Virus record (IMG/VR): IMGVR_UViG_3300016657_000126 | Span: 24,885-88,884 of that record | DNA from: a virus | Strand: one strand, 5' to 3' | Length of the DNA: 64,000 nucleotides | Shown: in pieces, positions 36,117 to 45,569 of the stretch | Position numbering within the stretch: position 1 is the stretch's first letter | Layout: each line of letters starts with the position of its first letter | Notes under the pieces: model-generated | What the model was told of the DNA's origin: nothing | Database searches by the model: none | What the model saw: the letters and a program-made list of their open reading frames with translations, nothing else | Position numbers and translations under genes: made by a program

Positions 36117-36605
36117 TCAGTTGGAGTTGAGTAGACGGACGATGCGCCGCATCAGGCGGACCGCGCGAGAATGAGTCATGCGCGTGACGAAACCTGCACC
36201 AGGTTCGACGGTGACCGCGAGAATCTCCAGCTCCTTCTCGTCGGTGCGGCGTAGCTGCACCGCTCCGAAGGTCTTCTCGTAAGTATGAAATTCTCCGCTA
36301 CCTTCGGCGTGACCGAACATCCGGACTCGGACTTGGCCACCCATCCGCTCAACACGCACCTTCTCCGACGGCGCCTTCCGCCGTTTCACCTTCGGGTCTA
36401 CCGGGTAGAAGGTGTGCCTGAACGTGGGACCAGACAGGCTCTCGCAGACCAGCACCACCGGCAGGTTGTGGAAGTTGGCCCAGCACTGGCACTCGGCTGC
36501 GACGGCCGCTGGGTTGGTCTCCGATTTCTTCGGGTGCGCCATGATGTTTACCTGCGACACCGGTCCGAAGTTGGTGAACTTATCCGACAGCGGCATTCGG
36601 CTCAT
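36117..36605 (-). CDS. hypothetical protein
   Basis: ORF in operon-like run. Confidence 0.6.
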   Translation of the reverse strand: MSRMPLSDKFTNFGPVSQVNIMAHPKKSETNPAAVAAECQCWANFHNLPVVLVCESLSGPTFRHTFYPVDPKVKRRKAPSEKVRVERMGGQVRVRMFGHAEGSGEFHTYEKTFGAVQLRRTDEKELEILAVTVEPGAGFVTRMTHSRAVRLMRRIVRLLNSN

Positions 36606-36831
36606 CCTTCTTCGTTTGAATCGCTTTCAGCACAGCTTCCGCCTCGATGAAATCCAGCGTGACGGACTGCGTGCCTCCTGTGCGCTGATTCCAGCTTACG
36701 CACCGCTCCAGCTTCTCGCGGGCGCGCAACAGCGTGTTAGGATGCAGAGGAATGGGGCGAACAGGACGTCGCGTATGGGCCAGCATCGAGCCGAGCAGAA
36801 TTCCGATTACGAAGAGTAGCGGACTAATCAT
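36580..36831 (-). CDS. small membrane-anchored protein
   Basis: N-terminal hydrophobic helix. Confidence 0.55.
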   Translation of the reverse strand: MISPLLFVIGILLGSMLAHTRRPVRPIPLHPNTLLRAREKLERCVSWNQRTGGTQSVTLDFIEAEAVLKAIQTKKDEPNAAVG

Positions 36832-37054
36832 TGTCAGTGAGCTTAGCTGGATCGACAGGCACTCCGGTCTCCGTCACGCGTGCCACGGTGACAGCGAACT
36901 CAGGCGCGGGGAAAGCCGCTTTGATCGCCTCGTAGACTTTCTTCACCTTGCCCCCGAGATTAAGGCTGCGCGGATGAGTGGCGAAGAAGTGCTCGTATTT
37001 TCCAACAGACCCGGCGCGCTTTGAAAGCTGCGCTACGTTAATTTCGAACGGCAT
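36824..37054 (-). CDS. hypothetical protein
   Basis: FEINV...HFFAT motif; overlaps neighbours. Confidence 0.65.
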   Translation of the reverse strand: MPFEINVAQLSKRAGSVGKYEHFFATHPRSLNLGGKVKKVYEAIKAAFPAPEFAVTVARVTETGVPVDPAKLTDND

Positions 37055-37526
37055 TTGCTGGGTCGTTTACAACGACCTTTATGTAGTGCTTTAAGAGATA
37101 CATTTCCTTCACCTGTCTAGACAGCGGAAAGTCGCGGTTGGACAGACAGACGCGGCAGCTATCAATCTCTGGCGCGTCCGAGTTGCATGCTGGACACAAG
37201 TTCCAGAACATCCGCCAGCGCCCGATGAACAGGCGCATCCGAGTCAGAATACCTGGCGCGCGGCGGCGGAAGCTCTCGACTACGTGTTCGTCGCCGAGAC
37301 TGATGAAAGAGAATCTGTCCGGGCTCGTTGTGGTGTATATCCTGGCGCCGGGCGGGAGAGTTTGCGTGCGGTCTGGGATCGCGCCGGTAATCTCTACGCA
37401 ATAGGCGCGAAACACGTGCCGAGAAAGGCACACCAAGTCCACCAGACTGGGGTCGGCCGCGGCCGGCAGCGCTGCTAGGAGGCGGAAGCCGTAGACGTCG
37501 TCGGCGACGTAGATGATTTTTCGCAT
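37038..37526 (-). CDS. hypothetical protein with CPAC...CRVC Zn site
   Basis: Cys pairs near C-terminus. Confidence 0.6.
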   Translation of the reverse strand: MRKIIYVADDVYGFRLLAALPAAADPSLVDLVCLSRHVFRAYCVEITGAIPDRTQTLPPGARIYTTTSPDRFSFISLGDEHVVESFRRRAPGILTRMRLFIGRWRMFWNLCPACNSDAPEIDSCRVCLSNRDFPLSRQVKEMYLLKHYIKVVVNDPANAVRN

Positions 37527-37723
37527 GCTTTGTTTTTGCGCAGCAGGAGATGCTTGAGCAACTTGTTCGCGGTCAGGTTAACGCCGAAGATGAAGTAGGC
37601 ATCGCCTAGCTGCTGCCAGGTGAACGTGAGATCCTTGTGGCCTGCTTTGGCAGCCAACTTGGCTGTGGCCCGCAGAAGATTGCGGGTCTTTTGAAGCGGG
37701 ACTGGCGGGCGAGTGCGGGGCAT
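37475..37723 (-). CDS. hypothetical protein
   Basis: TAATG overlap. Confidence 0.5.
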   Translation of the reverse strand: MPRTRPPVPLQKTRNLLRATAKLAAKAGHKDLTFTWQQLGDAYFIFGVNLTANKLLKHLLLRKNKACEKSSTSPTTSTASAS

Positions 37724-38001
37724 TATGTGTTTGCGGTAGAGGGGCGTCGGACACCGATTGCACCGATGCGGCGAATGCGGACGTCCTTGGGGCCGATGAT
37801 CCGCCCGCGGCGATCGCGGGGAGTCCAGAGGGCCATCTCACCACTCCAGCGCAGGTCGTCTCCTTCGGAGATGCACCTGGCGGGGGCGGTGCTGCAAACG
37901 TAGAGAGCGCGAGCAGAGGCCGGATCGCCTGCTGCGCTCTCTACGTTCACCCACACTTTGTCGGCTAGGATTATGGCTTCGGTAACGCGACCTCCGGTCA
38001 T
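37723..38001 (-). CDS. hypothetical protein, paralog of 15754..16023
   Basis: MTGGRV...KVWV...ARCISEGDDLRWSG...WT. Confidence 0.7.
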   Translation of the reverse strand: MTGGRVTEAIILADKVWVNVESAAGDPASARALYVCSTAPARCISEGDDLRWSGEMALWTPRDRRGRIIGPKDVRIRRIGAIGVRRPSTANT

Positions 38002-38043
38002 ACCGAGAGTCTTCCTACTCCGTGTCTCCGCGTAAGCGTATTC

Positions 38044-38244
38044 TCAGCGCCGCGCCGACTTTCTGGCCTTACGTGCTGCCTTGGCCTTCTTGCGCCGAGC
38101 AGCGACCTTGCGCTGAAAGAGCTCCGGATCATGAAAGCCGCGCGGCAGCACGACCTGCCGCTTAGGATCGAATGTTTCGCAAGACGTCTTGTGCGGGTCT
38201 ACGTCGTTGCTCGATGTGATTTCGTGGCGGGTGGATTCTTCCAT
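38044..38244 (-). CDS. small basic hypothetical protein
   Basis: Lys/Arg-rich C-terminus. Confidence 0.5.
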   Translation of the reverse strand: MEESTRHEITSSNDVDPHKTSCETFDPKRQVVLPRGFHDPELFQRKVAARRKKAKAARKARKSARR

Positions 38245-38245
38245 G

Positions 38246-38458
38246 TTACTGTCGTGGTTTCGGCATGAATGAAGGCGCGGGGTTGGATAACCCGGGACCC
38301 GGAATGTGGGTCACCAGAAATCCTCCGTCGAAAGTCCACATCAGGCGCCCGTGGCCGTCACGCTCGGATTTCTTTATGCGCGAAACGCGACGCCGCGCCC
38401 AAGCCACGGCCGCGGCGTCGCGATGTATCGTATTTCCGTTTACGTCGATGACCGTCAC
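38246..38458 (-). CDS. small hypothetical protein
   Basis: GTGA overlap. Confidence 0.5.
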   Translation of the reverse strand: MTVIDVNGNTIHRDAAAVAWARRRVSRIKKSERDGHGRLMWTFDGGFLVTHIPGPGLSNPAPSFMPKPRQ

Positions 38459-40188
38459 GCGGATTCCTCCTGCGGCGTGAGCGTGAGGCCTTGCACTTCT
38501 CCGGTGGAGCTAAGTGTGAAAGAGCAGCTAACCGGCTTTCCAACCTGGCGCGCGCCTGTCCTGATGTTGTAGTCAGTGAGCTGGCGACGCACCGCATTCT
38601 CAAGCGCAGCGAGCGGTCCGCCAAAAAGATTACTCAGGAAGTCCGACACGTCGCTGCGGAATGACTCCCGCTGCTCTTCTTCGGACGGGGCGTCGGAGTC
38701 GTCGCTCGGGTTGAGGAAAAGATATTCGAGCAGATCCACCGAGTAGAAACCATCGGGCACCCCAGCTACGCGCGCCCAATGCCCCGTCGCCTTCTCGTGG
38801 TCGCCGTCCCAGTTGTCCGGGTCGCAGAGCGGCACGATGGGAAGGTTAACACGGATGCGTTCGGCGCCTTCGACCGCGCGCAGTTCGCCGTCCAAACGCG
38901 CAAGTTCAAGCCAGCACTCGGCGAACACCTTCTCTGGAGAAATGAGGCCCTCGTGAACTGCGTTCAGAACGTCGACTGGCTCGGAATCGGCGGTCAGCTT
39001 CGCGAATATGGCGGTGGCCGTCAGGCGCTCTTTCGGAAACCAAGAGTAGCCCTCGCACGACGAGTTGTTTTCCAGCACCAGCGGAATCGACGCGTCCTTG
39101 GAAAGGTGCATCAGCGTTACGACTGTGTCGTCCAACATGCTGACGTAGTGCGGATCGTCCGGAATATCGCGGCTACGCTGTTCGATCGCGCGCCAGTGCT
39201 TTTCTTGAGAAGGGTGTATCCTCGCCACGTCTATTTCACCGGAGGCGCTGTGAGGCGTTTCCATGCGGGCGAAGAAAAGGGGCTCCGGAACTTTCATACC
39301 GCGGGAGAGACCCCAGGCGCGGTCTGCGAACGAGAGACGATGCCGGAGGCCATCGTGGGCTACAACCGTTTCGATGGCCAGCTCCGCCAGCTTTTCCTGC
39401 AGAAAAGAAAGCTTCTCATTTTCCACCACCTGCAGGCGAGCAGGCGGCACCAGATCGAGCTCGCGACCACGAATGAGCGCCACGCGGTAATTAAACTTTC
39501 GAGCGACGAACGGTAGATTGGCGCTTCGGCTGATGAAAGTGTGGAGCCAGCGGCCAAGGACATCCAGGTTGATGCGGGCGTCACCGTGCTGAACAGCTTC
39601 AGCCCGGAACAGGTGATTTCCATCGGCGTCCAATATCACTTCTGCGTGCGCGGGAACCAGAGGAGAATACGCGATGTGTTCTCCGTTGAGAGTGCAGGTC
39701 AGCTGAAAGCGCGCCAAGACCTGCCGACACGATGAGAAGATCGTAATGGCTTTGGCCGGGTTATCGATGATGACTTCGATGCGCGTGCCAGTCTCAGGTC
39801 CGTCGTTCGCCTCTTCGACCTCCACGTCGCGCTTACCCTTGAAGGCCTCCATGTCCAGAGTCACGCGGCGACCGCGGCTGGTCACAGTCACCTTACCAAG
39901 AGGCGCCAGCGCGTAGAAGCCCATCCCCGCAGGCAGCTCGTTGGACTGCACGTTCTCATCCCATCCTGTGTCGCTGAGACCGAGCAGGTGCTGCATGTCC
40001 TCCACGCCGCACCCGTCGTCGGTGATGGTCAGCTTGGAACCGCCGGTGGTAACCTCCACGCGCTTTGCGCCGGCGCGGCGGGCGTTTTGCAGCACTTCCG
40101 TCAGCACGCCGTCAGCAGATTGGTCGAACAGAAATTCGACATACTCAAGGAGCCGCTGGGATACGAATGCGCGAATGGTCTTACTCAT
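38455..40188 (-). CDS. GHKL (HSP90/MORC-like) ATPase domain protein
   Basis: EVLQNARRAGA (N box), ITDDGCGV (G1), AGMGF (G2), GTRIEV; start ATG 40188. Confidence 0.85.
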   Translation of the reverse strand: MSKTIRAFVSQRLLEYVEFLFDQSADGVLTEVLQNARRAGAKRVEVTTGGSKLTITDDGCGVEDMQHLLGLSDTGWDENVQSNELPAGMGFYALAPLGKVTVTSRGRRVTLDMEAFKGKRDVEVEEANDGPETGTRIEVIIDNPAKAITIFSSCRQVLARFQLTCTLNGEHIAYSPLVPAHAEVILDADGNHLFRAEAVQHGDARINLDVLGRWLHTFISRSANLPFVARKFNYRVALIRGRELDLVPPARLQVVENEKLSFLQEKLAELAIETVVAHDGLRHRLSFADRAWGLSRGMKVPEPLFFARMETPHSASGEIDVARIHPSQEKHWRAIEQRSRDIPDDPHYVSMLDDTVVTLMHLSKDASIPLVLENNSSCEGYSWFPKERLTATAIFAKLTADSEPVDVLNAVHEGLISPEKVFAECWLELARLDGELRAVEGAERIRVNLPIVPLCDPDNWDGDHEKATGHWARVAGVPDGFYSVDLLEYLFLNPSDDSDAPSEEEQRESFRSDVSDFLSNLFGGPLAALENAVRRQLTDYNIRTGARQVGKPVSCSFTLSSTGEVQGLTLTPQEESA

Positions 40189-40210
40189 GAAAGATTGATG
40201 TGTTGAAATG

Positions 40211-40241
40211 AAAAAGCGCCGACTCCGTGAAGAGTCGGCGC
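40211..40241 (-). terminator. rho-independent terminator
   Basis: 10-bp stem GCGCCGACTC/GAGTCGGCGC, loop TTCACG, then TTTTT. Confidence 0.8.
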
Positions 40242-40291
40242 CACCCCTTAAAACCCCTGAAAAGAACAACCCTTGCGGGCACCCCTAATCG

Positions 40292-40759
40292 TCAGGAAGA
40301 CGTCGGCGACGTCAACGGAGGCGCCGATTTTATTTCGATGAGGTCCGGTTCCAGGAGGAAGTCCATGACGCTGTTCTGCGCCACGAGGAACGCCCCCTCC
40401 AAAATGACTTCCGGCTGCCCGTAATGACGGATGACTGCGCGGACGTCCGGAGGGTTATCTTTCTCCAAGGTCGGATAAAGAACGTCCACCGTCAGGTAGG
40501 AATCCATGCGCTGTATTTCGAGCCGCCGGGACTCCAAGTTTTCAGGGACCCAGTATTCGAAGGCGCTAAGCTCGGGTTTAACGGCGGCGAGCATCCTCTT
40601 CAAATCAGCCAGCTGCGCGATCGTTTGTCCGAACCGCGCGTCACGCACATCCTTCAAGGCCGCGCGCTCTTTTCTGCGCTTGGTCATCAATGCGGCGAAC
40701 TTATCCCGAGGGGGTTGCTCGCAGGCTTTTCCTGGTCGTTTTATGGGGTCTGCGCTCAT
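40292..40759 (-). CDS. hypothetical protein
   Basis: Start moved to ATG 40759 (ATGA overlap). Confidence 0.65.
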   Translation of the reverse strand: MSADPIKRPGKACEQPPRDKFAALMTKRRKERAALKDVRDARFGQTIAQLADLKRMLAAVKPELSAFEYWVPENLESRRLEIQRMDSYLTVDVLYPTLEKDNPPDVRAVIRHYGQPEVILEGAFLVAQNSVMDFLLEPDLIEIKSAPPLTSPTSS

Positions 40760-41205
40760 ACGTCGTAGAGAGACTCGTAGGCGGCGCCGCGGGCTTCTGC
40801 GAAGGCGCACAGCAGTCGCGCGTCCTTGGTCTCGTCAAATTGCACCACCCGGATCCAGACATGGTCCAGGTTTATGGGCTTCCCTTCGTTACCCGCGCGC
40901 GAGACTTCCGCAGCCTCGCTTGAGTCCATCTGCTCCATGTCCTCGTCGGAAATCAACTGCGCGTCGAGGAAGCCTTGGTCCACCGCCTCGTCCAAGACGT
41001 CCTGGTCGCAGCTGCCCCAGATGGCGCAAACCGCCCCGAACTCGTTACCGATGACGTGGAGCTTATCACGGGTTGCGAAGCTCTCCCATGGTAGCGTGAT
41101 GTCGTTGCAAAGAATGCGACGGGCGTCGACTTCCACTTCCTCCGCAGGCCGGCACATGAATGGTCCGCGATCTAGCGCAGGGAGACGGAGCTTGTAGGCC
41201 TTCAC
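40756..41205 (-). CDS. hypothetical protein
   Basis: VIGNEFG...A...QDVLDEAVD motif; GTGA overlap. Confidence 0.7.
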   Translation of the reverse strand: MKAYKLRLPALDRGPFMCRPAEEVEVDARRILCNDITLPWESFATRDKLHVIGNEFGAVCAIWGSCDQDVLDEAVDQGFLDAQLISDEDMEQMDSSEAAEVSRAGNEGKPINLDHVWIRVVQFDETKDARLLCAFAEARGAAYESLYDV

Positions 41206-41831
41206 GAAGAGATTTCCAAGCCCACAGCTTTGGCCATCAATGGCCAGGCGGCTTCAAACGTGGTTTCCTCGATGAGCTTCAAAGGAACCTCCCGGGCCAG
41301 AAGCTGCTGCTTCACCACAGACCAGTTAACCTGCGCGCGCGGTCGCGTAAGCTTCAGAGACACCAGCTCTCCTTTCGGATTAGTCGCGAACAGCATATTA
41401 TCCCAGTTGCGCTTGAGATTACGCTTCAGGCGATCGCCCTCGCGGCGATCGATCTCCTTGGCCGCGAGGTCGCTGATGAACAGTTCCACGTCCATAGTCA
41501 GCGGCGGGCAGTTTTCGTATCCGGATGGCTTGGGCGGGAGCGTGGCCACATAGGTCTCAAGTTTGGCCATGGCCGTTTTGAACTTCTCATCCACCTTATT
41601 CACCTTGTCCCGCTCGGGATTGCCCGTCCATGCCGGCGTGTAGTGGTCACATCCGCCGTTGCCGTCGTTTTTGGCGTGGATGGAGCGGATTCCGTCCACG
41701 CGGACAATCGCGGAATAGCAGTTCGTCTCCTCCGACATGTCCGGATGGAACTTGAAGTCGACCAACTCGACTTTCGGCACGTGGACTTTGGCAGGCGCTA
41801 CGGGCGCCGAAGTTTCGGTAGATTTGGACAT
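41202..41831 (-). CDS. hypothetical phage protein
   Basis: MSEETNCYSA...NDGNGG motif (recurrent phage family, recalled); start ATG 41831. Confidence 0.7.
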   Translation of the reverse strand: MSKSTETSAPVAPAKVHVPKVELVDFKFHPDMSEETNCYSAIVRVDGIRSIHAKNDGNGGCDHYTPAWTGNPERDKVNKVDEKFKTAMAKLETYVATLPPKPSGYENCPPLTMDVELFISDLAAKEIDRREGDRLKRNLKRNWDNMLFATNPKGELVSLKLTRPRAQVNWSVVKQQLLAREVPLKLIEETTFEAAWPLMAKAVGLEISS

Positions 41832-41836
41832 GGGTG

Positions 41837-42178
41837 TCAGGCGGTGATCCGCACGTGACCGGAGTGGCGGATGAACTTCTGTGGTATGGTGTGAGTCCAC
41901 TGCTTCAGCGCAGTCAGTTTGGCGAACTTTGCTTGCTGCAGCGCATTCACGTCGATGAGCCCGGCGTTGATGGCTACATCGAGCACGGCTAGCAGGTCGC
42001 CGAGCTCGCGTGTGAGCAGTTCGCGGTTGTCCTGAAGGGGCGTCCGGGGATGACGGCTGTCGAGACCGTGGCGGTTAGATTTTCCGACTGCTTGCACGAT
42101 CTCGCCGCACTCCTCGGAAAGAATGTCGAGGATCTCGCGCAGCGGGCGCCGAGGATAGTTAACTTTGGCTTTGGCCAT
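41837..42178 (-). CDS. MazG-like nucleotide pyrophosphohydrolase
   Basis: LSEECGEIVQAVGK...HG...LTRELGDLLAV. Confidence 0.85.
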   Translation of the reverse strand: MAKAKVNYPRRPLREILDILSEECGEIVQAVGKSNRHGLDSRHPRTPLQDNRELLTRELGDLLAVLDVAINAGLIDVNALQQAKFAKLTALKQWTHTIPQKFIRHSGHVRITA

Positions 42179-42181
42179 GGC

Positions 42182-42487
42182 TCAGGCTTTCGCTTGGTGC
42201 GCGCGGCCGGCGGGAATCCAGCGACCGTTCCACGAGATGAAAATCCGGTGCTTGGAAGACTTCTTCGGACGCCCGAGGAAGTTTGTCCTGCCGCTGGGCA
42301 CGGAGGCCACCACCTTAACGGTAGCGGTGACCTCGGGGCACTTTGGCGACCGCAGCTTTATGGTCGCGGGCCCGATGTAGGTGAAGTTGGCAGGCATCTT
42401 GTCCTTGCCGCAAAGCGCGACGCGCAGGTCGCGCATCTGCACACTGGTGGGCGTTGGAATGGTGATAGCAGGAATGGTGTTCGACAT
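42182..42487 (-). CDS. hypothetical protein
   Basis: KSSKHRIF...GRWIPAGRAHQ. Confidence 0.65.
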   Translation of the reverse strand: MSNTIPAITIPTPTSVQMRDLRVALCGKDKMPANFTYIGPATIKLRSPKCPEVTATVKVVASVPSGRTNFLGRPKKSSKHRIFISWNGRWIPAGRAHQAKA

Positions 42488-42488
42488 G

Positions 42489-43673
42489 TTAGGCGGCGTT
42501 CACTCGGAACTTTCCCCCTTCGAGATAATCTCTGCGCCGCTCGATCACGATGAACCGGCGGTCGCGTTTCAGACAGGCCTCGGCGAGCTTCGCGCTTCCG
42601 CCGAAAGGATCCATGACGATGTCGCCTGGCTCGGTGGTGAGCTCAACGAAGAACTCGGCGAGCTTCAGCGGCATCATCGCCGGGTGAGCAGGCAGACCCC
42701 GCCGAGCACAGAACGCGCGGTAGGCGGTGTCCTTGTCGTGACTGAAGACGTGCACATTGGACGGTATGCTTCCGCCGTTGTCGGCGGAGTAGCGGAGCCC
42801 AGGCCAGCACATCGCACTCGGGCTCAGCTCCGTCTGCAGCTCTCCGCCGGCGGCGATTACCCGCCGGTGCCGGTTTGAGTAAGGAGTCAACACGCGCAGG
42901 TTGCAGCACTTGGTCTTCCCGGTGGGCGAGAGGATGAACACGGGCTCGACTTGGTTGACGCAGTGCGTGCGCCACTTGGTCACCTGAGGCGACGCGCGGG
43001 GCTTCGCTGGATTTATCCAGAAATGCTCGTCGATCAGCCGCCATCCGAGGTTGTCGACCAGCGCCTGCAGCAGCTGGTGCTGGAACGGATTTCTGTTCGG
43101 TGTCCCGGCGAGAAACGCAGGTCCGAGGTTGAGGACCAAGGAACCGTCGTCCGTCAGCTTCGGTCGGAGTGCCTGGATGTGCTCCACCAGCGTGCGGAGG
43201 TAGTTCTCGGGACGCCATGCGCTGTTGTCGCGATCGTATTCTCGCGCCACCACCAGCGGATAAGGCGGCGACGTGATGACTGCCGAAACGCTGTCGTCGT
43301 CGACATACTGGAGCGCACTTTGCGCATCAGCCCAGATGAGGGACCCGCTGGGCGACACGAACACCGAGATAACGACTCCGCTCTTGGCTGAGTTGCTTTG
43401 CGCCCTGCCCTCGTCGGTGAGCGACCACCAGCCGCGGCGAGAATCATCGATCAGCCCCGTCATCACTGCCGTCTGCCGGGTCCAGCGCACGCGACGGGCG
43501 AACAGCCGCACGGACTGCCCGCCGGGTAACCTGGCGATCTCCTCACGTGCCTTTGCGTCCAGGGCCAGTGCGTCGGCAACCGCCGTCACCGCATCGGAGG
43601 CCTTCATGCCGCCGGTGCCGAGGGCCTTCAGCAAAGGTCCGATGATGGCGCTCTGCGGAGGGAGCGGGGTCAT
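42489..43673 (-). CDS. beta-class N4-cytosine DNA methyltransferase with N-terminal Mrr_N-like winged helix
   Basis: VITSPPY (motif IV) before DPFGGS (motif I); N-terminus RRVRWTRQ...GLID...RGWWSLTDEG. Confidence 0.88.
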   Translation of the reverse strand: MTPLPPQSAIIGPLLKALGTGGMKASDAVTAVADALALDAKAREEIARLPGGQSVRLFARRVRWTRQTAVMTGLIDDSRRGWWSLTDEGRAQSNSAKSGVVISVFVSPSGSLIWADAQSALQYVDDDSVSAVITSPPYPLVVAREYDRDNSAWRPENYLRTLVEHIQALRPKLTDDGSLVLNLGPAFLAGTPNRNPFQHQLLQALVDNLGWRLIDEHFWINPAKPRASPQVTKWRTHCVNQVEPVFILSPTGKTKCCNLRVLTPYSNRHRRVIAAGGELQTELSPSAMCWPGLRYSADNGGSIPSNVHVFSHDKDTAYRAFCARRGLPAHPAMMPLKLAEFFVELTTEPGDIVMDPFGGSAKLAEACLKRDRRFIVIERRRDYLEGGKFRVNAA

Positions 43674-44011
43674 CCGACGAATCCGACGGTGTCGGCCTCC
43701 ACAGCCAGACCCAGCGGATACTGCGGGTCGAGCGCCAGGGCGCCTTCGACTAAGACCGTCTGCCCCGCCTTGAATTTGTCCATGATCTCGGCCGTCTTTC
43801 CGTAGCCGTCCACACGCACCCGCACATGTCGGCGTTCGACTGAAGTGCTACCGTAGACCTGCACGGGTAGGTGGACGTTTAGGTATATCGTGGTGAAGGC
43901 CGAGCCACCAAAACGCTGCTGGGACAGCGGTATGGTTTCCAGCTGCCCCACCAGCACGACGCGGTTGACGGCCGGCTTTGCGTCCGGCGGATTGCTCGCC
44001 CTGAAGGGCAT
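43670..44011 (-). CDS. ssb: single-stranded DNA-binding protein (OB fold, no acidic tail)
   Basis: VNRVVLVGQL...P, VRVDGYGKTAE...KAGQTVLVEGAL. Confidence 0.75.
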   Translation of the reverse strand: MPFRASNPPDAKPAVNRVVLVGQLETIPLSQQRFGGSAFTTIYLNVHLPVQVYGSTSVERRHVRVRVDGYGKTAEIMDKFKAGQTVLVEGALALDPQYPLGLAVEADTVGFVG

Positions 44012-44012
44012 T

Positions 44013-44489
44013 CTATCGAGAGACCGACGCCGGCCCGTAGTTTAGATCGTAGGTGGGAAGCGTGGGCGCCAGCCGCTCGCTGCGCATGCCCCTATCCGAG
44101 ATGCTCGCCAGCCACTTCTCGAGGACGGTGAATGGGGCGTGTCCCTCTCCGTGCGTCTTCTCCAGCGCCATGAGCTGCCCGTAGGACTTGTCGACTCGCA
44201 TGACCTCTCGGTGTTCTTGGCGGTCCCAGAGGATGGTGTCGTCACAATCGCGGACGCTGGATGGGATGTCGGGGAACTGCTCGTGAAAAGCGCCGACGCA
44301 CCAGACGAAGCGCTGACCCTTGAATTCTTTCTGGTCGATCTTGGAGATGGTAAAGCCCTGCACGGCTCCGTGCGTTTTGTGGCAAGTGACCCGGAGAACC
44401 TCGGCGAGATCTTCGGAGGTCAAAACGGTGTCGACCGCCACGGTGACGCGGATTTCCACGAACTTGCGGGTGATGGGTTCTTGTTTCAC
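44013..44489 (-). CDS. hypothetical protein
   Basis: Start moved to GTG 44489. Confidence 0.6.
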   Translation of the reverse strand: MKQEPITRKFVEIRVTVAVDTVLTSEDLAEVLRVTCHKTHGAVQGFTISKIDQKEFKGQRFVWCVGAFHEQFPDIPSSVRDCDDTILWDRQEHREVMRVDKSYGQLMALEKTHGEGHAPFTVLEKWLASISDRGMRSERLAPTLPTYDLNYGPASVSR

Positions 44490-44782
44490 AGAATGATGGG
44501 AGTTGAGATGATTTCTTTGGGTAGCTTTTTCCACGTCGTAAGGCGCGGGCGGGTGAACACGCGGTCGCGCCGACAAAATACGTTGAATGCCAGATATCCG
44601 GGCGTGTAGTGGACGGCCGCAGGTAGCAGCCCCTTGGCGTGCAGTTCGCGCAGAACCTCGCTGTCCACGAGCAGCCCTTCTTCGTCCACCACATCGTAGC
44701 GATGCGTCTGCGGGAAATGCATTCCGTTGACCTGCTTCGCGGGGTTGGAGTCCATCCACCGCAGGAACAATTTTTGGCTCAT
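44486..44782 (-). CDS. hypothetical protein
   Basis: ATGA overlap. Confidence 0.6.
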   Translation of the reverse strand: MSQKLFLRWMDSNPAKQVNGMHFPQTHRYDVVDEEGLLVDSEVLRELHAKGLLPAAVHYTPGYLAFNVFCRRDRVFTRPRLTTWKKLPKEIISTPIIL

Positions 44783-44976
44783 GAATCTGGGACGAGGGGA
44801 AGGTAGAACGCATCGCAGTCGAGACGGTCCGCCTCGTCCGTCAGCTGCTTTGCCGAGGCCTCAGCCTCGCACATGGAAGGTCCGTTCTTTCTGTGCGGGC
44901 TTCGGAGGTATTCCGCCTGCTCTCTTAAAGCGCGCGCCCTCTCCGTCATCGTCTTGGTCAGTGTGGAAACTCGCAT
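44779..44976 (-). CDS. small hypothetical protein
   Basis: Start ATG 44976 (TGATG overlap). Confidence 0.5.
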   Translation of the reverse strand: MRVSTLTKTMTERARALREQAEYLRSPHRKNGPSMCEAEASAKQLTDEADRLDCDAFYLPLVPDS

Positions 44977-45569
44977 CAGGCTATGTAGCGCCACACACCG
45001 TGTGTTGGCGGAAACCAATCGCGAAAATAAGTGAGAACGCGTTGGTCGCATTCGTCCGAAACCGGAGGCGCTATCCACTGCACACCGCCTTCCCGGTCGT
45101 TGATGATGGCGTCGGAAAGGTAAGCCAACGCGCAGCCGATGTGATCCTCGCGCCAGCTTTCTGTGTTTCGGTAGGCTGTGGCCAGCACTTCTCGAAGCAG
45201 ACGACTGCGGTAGATTGGGTCGTTGAAGTCTCCTGGCTCAAGGCCTACTACGAACTCCTGCTTCAGCAGTTTTGTCAGCCGGCGCGCGTTCTCCGACAGC
45301 GTCGCTTCGGAGGTGGTCGCCGGCAGCTTGAAGTTGAAGTGGTGCTCGAAGTTTGAGCCTAACGCATAGAGGCGATCCGACGATCCTCCATGGTGCGCGG
45401 CCCAGAACAACGAGAAGGCTTCTAGAACGTCCCACAGCTGAGGCGAAGAATCTGCCGTCCTCAGCGCCTGAACAAACGAAGGATCCATGCGCAAAATAGC
45501 GCGCCCGAGCTCCGTCGAGTAGTCGACGAGGCGGTGAAGCCACGCGGCTTCAGTTTTCTCCGATGGCAT
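44976..45569 (-). CDS. hypothetical phage protein
   Basis: EAF..FWAAHHGG...LYAL motif. Confidence 0.7.
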   Translation of the reverse strand: MPSEKTEAAWLHRLVDYSTELGRAILRMDPSFVQALRTADSSPQLWDVLEAFSLFWAAHHGGSSDRLYALGSNFEHHFNFKLPATTSEATLSENARRLTKLLKQEFVVGLEPGDFNDPIYRSRLLREVLATAYRNTESWREDHIGCALAYLSDAIINDREGGVQWIAPPVSDECDQRVLTYFRDWFPPTHGVWRYIA

